Virus record (IMG/VR): IMGVR_UViG_3300034117_001294
Span: 164,850-228,849 of that record
DNA length: 64,000 nt
Reading direction: 5' to 3' (one strand)
This document shows positions 9,257 to 17,600 of the stretch, piece after piece (the first letter of the stretch is position 1; each line of letters starts with the position of its first letter). The notes beneath the pieces are model-generated. The model was not told where the DNA came from, did not search any database, and saw nothing but the letters and a program-made list of their open reading frames with translations. The position numbers and the translations under genes are program-made.

Positions 9257-9460
9257 ATGAAAAATATTATTTTTGTCGCAGGTCTAGCATTAGCATTAGC
9301 TACAGGAGCCCAGGCTGAAGAAGCTAAACCAGAAACTAAAAAAGTGTGTGTTAAAACCACAGATGCAAAGACTCAGAAAGAAGTTGAAAAGTGCAAAACT
9401 GTAAAAATACACGAAAAGCACGAAGGAACAAAAGTTCCAGAAAAAGCACCTAAGAAATAA
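9257..9460 (+). CDS. small exported protein with a Cys pair
   Basis: Signal peptide (AQA-E), KKVC...EKC, lysine-rich; AAGGA RBS. Confidence 0.7.
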   Translation: MKNIIFVAGLALALATGAQAEEAKPETKKVCVKTTDAKTQKEVEKCKTVKIHEKHEGTKVPEKAPKK

Positions 9461-9466
9461 TCTTAG

Positions 9467-9495
9467 TTGACAATTAGAAAAAGGTATAGTATAAT
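9467..9495 (+). promoter_or_regulatory. consensus sigma70 promoter for dnaJ-def-clpA
   Basis: TTGACA (9467-9472), 17-nt spacer, TATAAT (9490-9495). Confidence 0.8.
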
Positions 9496-9512
9496 AAACT
9501 ATACCTTTTCTT

Positions 9513-10346
9513 ATGGACCATTACAAAACTTTAGGCATTTCAAAAGAAGCAACACAAGACGAAATTAAAAAAGCGTTTCGTAGTCTAGCTTCAAAACATC
9601 ACCCAGATAAGGGAGGTGATACTGCCTCTTTTCAAAAAATTCAAGAAGCATATGCTACACTGGGAGATCCAGAAAAACGAGCAGCATATGATAATCCCAG
9701 TCCGTTTGGACAAGATCCATTTGGAGGATGGCAACAGGCAAATACCGGCGGAGTTCCGCAAGGATTTGAACAATTCTTTCATCACTTTGGTCCAGACCTG
9801 GGTGCAGTGTTTGGCAGAAGGCCTCAGCGTAATAAAAATATAAATCTTGAAACAGTTATTAGTCTAGAAGAAGCATTTGCTGGTAAAGAAATTATTGCAA
9901 GCTATCGTTTAATAAATCATCAAGAAAGAACGTTTGAAGTTAAAATTCCTGCTGGTATTAATGATGGAATAGTACTAAGGATTGCAGGTGCAGGAGATAA
10001 TTCATTTGCAGGTATGCCTCCCGGTGATGCTATGCTGTCAGTAAGAATTCGCCCTCACTCAAGATTTCAGAGAAATGGAAATGATCTTGTTGAACAGATT
10101 AATATCACTGCCTGGGATGCAATGTTAGGCAAAGACCTTGAAGTAATTACAGTTGGAGGAGATAAACTAACTGTTCAAATAAAAGAAGGCACTCAACCAG
10201 ATTCGTTCCTACGAATACAAGGCTACGGAATGCCAGTAATGAATAATCCCGGTATTAAAGGCAATCATATGATACTGATTAAAGTATCAATTCCTAATAA
10301 CCTTACAGAGTATCAAAAGAATACACTGAGATCAATTGCATCTTAA
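9513..10346 (+). CDS. dnaJ: DnaJ/CbpA-type co-chaperone (J domain plus C-terminal domain, no Zn finger)
   Basis: HYKTLG, HPD motif (KHHPDKGG), G/F-rich linker, VKIPAG, GDAM, G.GMP. Confidence 0.9.
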   Translation: MDHYKTLGISKEATQDEIKKAFRSLASKHHPDKGGDTASFQKIQEAYATLGDPEKRAAYDNPSPFGQDPFGGWQQANTGGVPQGFEQFFHHFGPDLGAVFGRRPQRNKNINLETVISLEEAFAGKEIIASYRLINHQERTFEVKIPAGINDGIVLRIAGAGDNSFAGMPPGDAMLSVRIRPHSRFQRNGNDLVEQINITAWDAMLGKDLEVITVGGDKLTVQIKEGTQPDSFLRIQGYGMPVMNNPGIKGNHMILIKVSIPNNLTEYQKNTLRSIAS

Positions 10347-10354
10347 ATATTACT

Positions 10355-10855
10355 ATGTTGACAATTATAAAAAATCCAGACCCAATATTGGCTGAAAGAA
10401 TGCCAGAATTTGATTTTGAAAATCCACTAACCGATCCTGTTCAACTTGAAAAAGACATGATTGAAGCTATGCTTGCCAATGGCGGCATTGGATTATCTGC
10501 TAATCAAATAGGTGTTAGAACTCGTATGTTTGTTATGGGACATCAGAAATATCGAGATCATGCACAGGCATTTTTCAATCCAATCATTGCGAGAGTAACA
10601 GACGACTTGCTCGAAGAAGAGGAAGGATGCTTGAGTTTTCCCAACATTTATGCTAAAATAAAAAGACCAAGAGGAATTCTTGTTAGGTTTCAAAACTCAA
10701 AAGGTGAGACCCAAGAAGCTGAATTTTTTGGTTACGAGTGTCGATGCTTTTTACATGAATTTGATCATCTAGAAGGAATCACATTTCAAAATAGAACAAG
10801 TGCTCTCAAGTGGGCGTTGGCAGTAAAGAAATCAATCAAAAGGAAATACAAATAA
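10355..10855 (+). CDS. def: peptide deformylase
   Basis: GIGLSANQ, EGCLS, HEFDHLEG motifs. Confidence 0.93.
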   Translation: MLTIIKNPDPILAERMPEFDFENPLTDPVQLEKDMIEAMLANGGIGLSANQIGVRTRMFVMGHQKYRDHAQAFFNPIIARVTDDLLEEEEGCLSFPNIYAKIKRPRGILVRFQNSKGETQEAEFFGYECRCFLHEFDHLEGITFQNRTSALKWALAVKKSIKRKYK

Positions 10856-13125
10856 TGCTGGAACCAAATAACGATCTCGAAGGAATGTTTGAACGTGCGA
10901 TCGAAGTTGCCGCTAAACATAAACATGAGTATATCACGCTGGAACATTTTTTGTACAGTATGATAACTGATGAAAACTTCAAAGGGATGCTAAAAGATTT
11001 TGGTGCCGAAGTTGAGTTGTTAAAGAAGAGTCTCGAAAAGTTTATTCGAGATGATCTTAACGATATTAAAACTGACAAAGAAAATTATCGTCCAAAGAAA
11101 ACAAACACTGTAGAGCGTATGTTGAATCGTGCTTTTACACAAGTGTTGTTTAGCGGCCGTACAGTAATTGAACCAATTGACTGCTTTATTAGTATTTTTA
11201 GTGAAAAGAAGAGCTTTGCTAACTTCTTTCTACGCAAGGCTAAAATTGATAAAGACAAGTTTATTGAATTTCTACATAACAGTGCGTTAAACGAAGACGG
11301 TGAGGCTAGCGAAGTAGGTAGCAATCAACTAGAAAAAATGATTGTTCAATACTGTGCAAACTTAACTAATAGGGTCAAGCAGAAAAAGATTGATCCTGTT
11401 ATCGGTCGTGAGAAAGAAATTGAAGAAATTCAACTTGCACTAGCACGCCGTCAAAAATCAAATGTTATGTTGATCGGCGACCCAGGTGTAGGTAAAACTG
11501 CTATTGCAGAGGGCCTTGCTCGCAAGATTGAAGAAGGCAAGGTTCCTAAGTTTATTCAAGGTCATACTGTTTACAGTCTAGATATCAGTGCATTACTAGC
11601 AGGCAGTAAGTATCGTGGCGACTTTGAAGAACGCTTAAAGATGGTTATTACTGCACTTGAAAAGAAAAAGAACTGTATCTTGTTCATCGACGAAGCACAT
11701 ATGATGAACGGTGCTGGATCAGCAAGTGGCGGATCTAATGACATGGCAAATATGTTGAAACCAGCATTAGGTAAAGGTACTATCAAAGTTGTGGCATCGA
11801 CTACATGGGAAGAATTCCGTAAGCACTTTGAAAAGGATCGTGCCCTGATGCGTCGATTCCAACGTGTTGTAGTTAACGAGCCAGATGAAGCTACTGCTAT
11901 TAAAATCCTTAAAGGTCTTAAGAAGTACTATGAACAGCATCACGGTGTTAAGATCACTAATCAGGCAGTTATTGACAGCGTAAAATATTCTATCAAGTAT
12001 ATGACTGATAAGAAGCTGCCAGATAAAGCAATTGACCTAATTGACTGTGCATGTGCTAGATTCAAAGTCAGAGACGAAGAAGCAGGCATTGTTGATCACG
12101 ATGAAATTTTATTTGAAGTGTCAAAGTTAACTGGCTTACCTTTAGATCAAATTGCACAAAAAGAAAACAAGAATCTTAAAGACCTTGACAAGAACATGCG
12201 TAACAAAGTGTTTGGTCAGGAAACTGCAATTGAAATATTGTTAGATAAAATCTTTATTGCACAAGCAGGTTTAAAGAGCTTAAACAAACCAGTAGGTAGT
12301 TTCCTATTTACAGGACCAACCGGTGTAGGTAAGACTGAAACTGCAAAAGTATTGGCTGCAAGTATGGGAGTAGAACTAGTTCGCTTTGATATGAGTGAAT
12401 TCCAAGAGAAACACTCAATTGCTAAGTTTATTGGTGCTCCCCCCGGCTATATTGGATTTGAAGACAATGCAGGTATGTTGATTACCAAACTGCAAGAGCA
12501 TCCAACTGCTATTTTACTGTTTGATGAAATTGAGAAAGCTCATCCTGATGTTGCTAACTTACTACTACAAATGATGGACAATGGTTATGTTACTGGATCT
12601 AATGGTAAGAAGGCTGATGGTCGAAATGCCATTCTTATCCTTACTAGTAATTTAGGTGCTGCCGATAACGATCGTAATGCAGTTGGATTTAGTAGTTTAG
12701 AAAGAGGTGACGAAACTGATGGTGCAATTAACAGTTTCTTTAAACCAGAATTCCGCAATCGATTAGACGGTATTATCAAGTTTGGTAAACTAGATCACAA
12801 TACCATGGCTAAGATTGTCAAGAAGTTTATTGACGAACTAAACAGTTTGTTGAAAGATAAGAATGTTGCTGTTAAGTTAACTGCTGACGCTGCCGAATTG
12901 TTAATCAAGAAAGGATTTAATCGTAAGATGGGTGCTCGTCCACTACAACGTACAATTGATGATATGATTAAGAAGCCGCTGAGTAAGGAAATTTTATTTG
13001 GTCGGTTAGTAAACGGTGGAGTTGTTGAAGTAGGTGCTAACAGTAATGATCTTACCTTAACTTATCCTGAAATTTTACCCGTAGTAGAAAATGTTGAAAT
13101 TGATAAAGCGACAGAAAGTCGATAA
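10855..13125 (+). CDS. clpA: ClpA-like Hsp100 AAA+ chaperone
   Basis: Clp N domain (EYITLEH), two Walker A motifs (GDPGVGKT, GPTGVGKT), KYRGDFEER, GAPPGYIG, FKPEFRNRLD, GARPL; no ClpB middle domain. Confidence 0.92.
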   Translation: MLEPNNDLEGMFERAIEVAAKHKHEYITLEHFLYSMITDENFKGMLKDFGAEVELLKKSLEKFIRDDLNDIKTDKENYRPKKTNTVERMLNRAFTQVLFSGRTVIEPIDCFISIFSEKKSFANFFLRKAKIDKDKFIEFLHNSALNEDGEASEVGSNQLEKMIVQYCANLTNRVKQKKIDPVIGREKEIEEIQLALARRQKSNVMLIGDPGVGKTAIAEGLARKIEEGKVPKFIQGHTVYSLDISALLAGSKYRGDFEERLKMVITALEKKKNCILFIDEAHMMNGAGSASGGSNDMANMLKPALGKGTIKVVASTTWEEFRKHFEKDRALMRRFQRVVVNEPDEATAIKILKGLKKYYEQHHGVKITNQAVIDSVKYSIKYMTDKKLPDKAIDLIDCACARFKVRDEEAGIVDHDEILFEVSKLTGLPLDQIAQKENKNLKDLDKNMRNKVFGQETAIEILLDKIFIAQAGLKSLNKPVGSFLFTGPTGVGKTETAKVLAASMGVELVRFDMSEFQEKHSIAKFIGAPPGYIGFEDNAGMLITKLQEHPTAILLFDEIEKAHPDVANLLLQMMDNGYVTGSNGKKADGRNAILILTSNLGAADNDRNAVGFSSLERGDETDGAINSFFKPEFRNRLDGIIKFGKLDHNTMAKIVKKFIDELNSLLKDKNVAVKLTADAAELLIKKGFNRKMGARPLQRTIDDMIKKPLSKEILFGRLVNGGVVEVGANSNDLTLTYPEILPVVENVEIDKATESR

Positions 13126-13774
13126 GCTATTCTACAACAAGTGGCCCTACAAGATTGAATGTCTTGTATCGGCCTCTAGTAGAATAGTTCGATATGGTGC
13201 TGACACTGTTTTAGATTATTGTGACGGTAAGGTTGCTAATCTGGGATATTCAAAGATTGCAGTTGACAAGGATAAACTTCGTGAATTTACCAAGGCAGTT
13301 ATATCTTACCTAGGTCGCAAAGAAGAAATACAGGTCAGAGCAGAGGGCAGTAAGTTCTGCCTTTTCTGTAAAGACCCTGCTGTCTATGACAGTATTGTAA
13401 AAGACTTATCTCCTTGGGTATGGACAATATCCGAACCAGAAACTCCGGACCAATTAACATTCTTATTAGATAACGAAAACAAACGAATTTTATGTGATGT
13501 TATTCCATATGAAAAATACGCTTATAAAGTTGTTATGCGAAGTGTAGCATCTAATGTGAAATTTCAATTCTACGAGTGGGCTAAAAAATACGGCGACAAT
13601 ATTAAAATTAGTCCCACAACCGAAAAATGGATGACTGGAAGATACTCTTATAAACAAGATCCGTTCTTTTATGTCAAGGACAGTAAGATGTTAACCATGA
13701 CTCATTTGTTCTTAGGTAATAACATTCGTAAAGTGTACGAATACATACCTCGAGATACATTAGTTAAGGGCTAA
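13091..13774 (+). CDS. hypothetical phage protein
   Basis: 227-aa ORF overlapping clpA end. Confidence 0.75.
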   Translation: MLKLIKRQKVDKLFYNKWPYKIECLVSASSRIVRYGADTVLDYCDGKVANLGYSKIAVDKDKLREFTKAVISYLGRKEEIQVRAEGSKFCLFCKDPAVYDSIVKDLSPWVWTISEPETPDQLTFLLDNENKRILCDVIPYEKYAYKVVMRSVASNVKFQFYEWAKKYGDNIKISPTTEKWMTGRYSYKQDPFFYVKDSKMLTMTHLFLGNNIRKVYEYIPRDTLVKG

Positions 13775-13795
13775 ATATAGCTTTAGAGCCGTAAT

Positions 13796-14245
13796 ATGCC
13801 ATCACTAAGTAAGAGTTTTAAATTCACCGTATATACAGGAATAGGATCAACTGGTACCAGTGTAGCAGTTGCATACCCACTTTATCCTATTGGTACCACA
13901 GGTACTCAAGTCTTTACCAGTGTTCCGGAACACGGAGCAGGTTATTATGGAACTACTTCAGGTTTACACACGCTTATAGTGAATACTACTCCTACATTTG
14001 TAGGAACAGCAACTATCCAAGCTACGTTAGCAGTGAGTCCGGCGGATACTGACTGGTTCAATATAGACAATGCGGAGTTTGTCTATACTACAAATAGCCC
14101 GGGCTATATACCTCCAGCTAGAGTAGGTGCCATTGAAGGTCCTATTCGCACAGAACACCTTAATTTTACAGGACAATTTGCATGGTTACGTGCAATATTT
14201 GCTGTAAATTCCGGTGCTGTGACCTCAGTCAGCTACAATTACTAA
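13796..14245 (+). CDS. hypothetical beta-rich protein, probably virion-associated
   Basis: Preceded by TAAATA (13772); Thr/Gly-rich; TIQATL...DWF...NFTGQFAWLRA. Confidence 0.7.
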   Translation: MPSLSKSFKFTVYTGIGSTGTSVAVAYPLYPIGTTGTQVFTSVPEHGAGYYGTTSGLHTLIVNTTPTFVGTATIQATLAVSPADTDWFNIDNAEFVYTTNSPGYIPPARVGAIEGPIRTEHLNFTGQFAWLRAIFAVNSGAVTSVSYNY

Positions 14246-14316
14246 GCAAACATTTCAGCTAAATACTCTACTAGAGCGTTAGCCTCTCTATTGGTTATAT
14301 TAGGGCCTATAAACAT

Positions 14317-14691
14317 ATGCTATTAAATGAATTCTTTGGACGATTAAACATCAAAAACGACAAGCCGTCGAGAAATGAAGAAACTGACAAACTTCAAGAA
14401 ACACAGATGTTAGAGGATATACTAGAGTATATCATAAATGACGACAATTTGCATAAAAAGGTCTTCTTCCCAATCGCAGAAGAGATTGGAAACAAACCGA
14501 CTGATGAGCATACTCCAAAAGTTTGGATGCCATTGGCAAACAAAGGCTGCATGAAATTTTATCACAAATTTGATCTTAAAGAAGATCCTGTAAAGTTATT
14601 TTCTAAAGAGTTTAGAGAGTCTTTATGCACTCGATTATCAGAACACTATAACGGCGACATTCTCAAAGGCCTATATCAATTAGGAAAATAA
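14317..14691 (+). CDS. putative internal head protein (MLLNEF N-terminus)
   Basis: TAAATA at 14260; N-terminus resembles capsid-targeting/protease-site leader. Confidence 0.65.
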   Translation: MLLNEFFGRLNIKNDKPSRNEETDKLQETQMLEDILEYIINDDNLHKKVFFPIAEEIGNKPTDEHTPKVWMPLANKGCMKFYHKFDLKEDPVKLFSKEFRESLCTRLSEHYNGDILKGLYQLGK

Positions 14692-14692
14692 A

Positions 14693-17600
14693 ATGAATTT
14701 AAATGAGCTGTTTAGTAACAAAAAGAAAGTTGTGTCAGAAGGTGGAAATTTATCGCTACCTGGCGGGCACGATGCACAGCAAATCGATCTTAAAGTGCAT
14801 AATCGTTCCTACATTGTACCAATTTTAGATACACTGTTGATTAATATCAACAGTTCTTTTGCAAAAAAATACAAAAAACCTTTGTGGAATCCGCAACTAC
14901 TACAGAGTAAACAATTTCTAAGTGGAAGTAGTCTACACTTCTTTAATACCAAAGGTATTACTGACCAACAATTTGTAGAAAAGAAACCAAAAGTAGGCGA
15001 CATTGACACACAGGTCAACAAAGAAAACGAACAAGAATTAGAACAATGGTTATCTGCTAGTCAAGGTAAGATGGTAGGCAATGCCAAGTTCTTAGGTTTC
15101 CAAAGAGGCAACGAACAATTCTCCAGTTTATGGGAGCTACAAGACCCACCTATTAAAGTGCAAATTGACTTAGAATTTGTAGAGTTTGACAAAGACGAAC
15201 CCACTCCATGGAGCAAATTTAGTCATAGCAGCAGCTGGGATGATCTAAACGCAGGAGTTAAGGGTGTATTCCACAAGTTTTTAATTCAAAGTCTAGCATC
15301 ATTAAGTAGAAAAGATTTCTTACTACGCAAAGCTGTAGGACGAGGCAAGGCCAAAGAAATACAAGATGTTCCTACAACTGATAACATGGTCAGCTTTGCA
15401 GTATCCAGTAAAGAAGGCGGCGGCCTACGTGCCAAATACGAACCAGTATTAGATGCAAACGGACAGCCTTTAATTAGTAACGGTATGCCAGTTATGCAGG
15501 CATTACCAGCAACTGGTTACGAACAAGACATTGGAAAGATTTTTGGATCTATCTTTGGTTCGAGATTAAATCCTAAACAAGCTGCACAATTAGAAAGCAA
15601 GTACTGGAGCTTTACTGGTTTAGTTGATGCAATGAATACGCTAGTAACTCCAGAAGAAAAGCAGTCAGTGTTGTCTGCATTTATTGACAAAATATTTGGC
15701 AAGGGTGCCCAAGGTCTTTACAAAGGCGATCCAGAGCGTGATAGTGCAGAAAAATCTGCTGCATTGGATTTAATGATCAATAAATTAGGAGTTCAGACAC
15801 CTAGTGATCTTGAACAGATGAAGCAGCAATACAAGGCATCGTACAGAGTTACTGCTGAAAGTTTGCAAGAAGCAGAAGTTAAAGCACAGTTCCGTAAGAA
15901 CATGCCACACCTACGTGATCTAAAGCCTATTGACTTTTTAGATCTATTGGACGAGATTCACGATGGTAATGGTAATTTTAAATTACAAAACATTCCGTTA
16001 AATGTTAAGATTGACGGATTTGGCGGACGTTTTGGTAAGGATGCAGAAGGCAAGCCTTTTATGGCTACCAGCAATACTCCTCCAAGATATAAAGCAGGAT
16101 TTGTACAATATCATCAAGACAAGGGCACAACTGATCCTGAAATTTTAGGTCGTGCAGAAAAGTTTGATGAACTGTTTAATGAAATGATGAACGCTATCAA
16201 ATTGGTTGATAGCAAGCTAGGTGCAGACTTTCTTGTTAATAAACAGGTCACCTGTGAAGTATTGTTCTTGCCGTTTGCAGCCGAAACGTCAGAGGGCAAA
16301 TTAAAATTTGTAGGAATTCAATACGATAAGTTTCCTCCAGGTGTAGAATTAGTTCTTGTGCCGTTCCGTGTAGTAGATGCTAGTTCCGGAGAAGATGTAC
16401 CTGATGCTAACGATGTTGTTACAAGTCTAAGCAAATTAGGCGGACAAGGAAGTGTTAGATTCCTTAGTAATAGTCTAGTACAAAAAGACGGACTTGATGT
16501 TACTGAGATTATTAATCCTTTAGATAATATCGAAGAACTAAAACAAATTGTATCTGACACAGCAGGCAAAAGAGATCGTGCCAGTTTGCAACTAAGACGC
16601 GAAGTAGAAGAAAAATTAATGCCTGTTAAGATTGCACTGGAAAAGGCAATTGATGCAGATCCTAACATTATTGGCAAAGATATATTAGGTCAAGACTACG
16701 AAGGTATTGTTATCAACAGTCGTCTTGGCCCTATCAAAGTTACTAGCCAACAACAAAAAGATATTATTACCCAAAAGAACGCTGCCAAAGCTGCCGCTCG
16801 TGCAGAACAGCCGCGTGGTGAAAACAAAACTGCGGTAGTTGCTATCGGTAGCTTTGTGGGACACAAAGGTCATCAACAGCTATTTGGTCTTACAATTAAT
16901 AAGGCAAAAGAAGTCAGCGGCGATCCTTATCTGTTTATGGGCAGTGCAGTAGGTGCAGACGATCCTATTCCAGTTGCTGACAAAATTAAAACTTGGAAAC
17001 AATTGTATCCCGAGTATGCAGGCAATATCAGTGCTGTAACACAAGAGGGCGGATCTTTGATGCAAAAGATCAAGCACGAGTTAATCAACCCGTTGCCAGG
17101 CAAGCCACCACGCTACGATAATGTTATTATTATGGTAGGTGAAGATCAGGCCAAGATGCCTATCGCACAGGCCCTAATGAAGGCAGTTAATAAGTTTCCT
17201 GGATACGAGCATGTTAAGGTACAATTAGAAGTTACTCCTAGAGGAACTGGCATGAGCTTTACTAAGCTACGTAACGTGTTAAAAACTGGAGATGAGCAAC
17301 AAGCATTCCAAATGTGGAATGATGCATTCAATGGCGGCCAGGATGGAGCAAAACCATTACCGTCACAATGGATTAAACATTTAATGGATGTGTCAAAGAC
17401 CGGAATGAGCACACCTCAACCAAAGCCAGCAGTTAAGAAGCCTGCTGTACTACCTACTCCGCAGACTGTTCAACAACCTGCACTAGGTGAAATGAGATTG
17501 TTTAATGCACTAATGAGTCCTAAAAAAATTGTAAATGAAAAGACTATTGAAGAACGTAAACGTAAAAAAAGTAAAGGTGCAGCATGGGGTCCAGGGCCAT

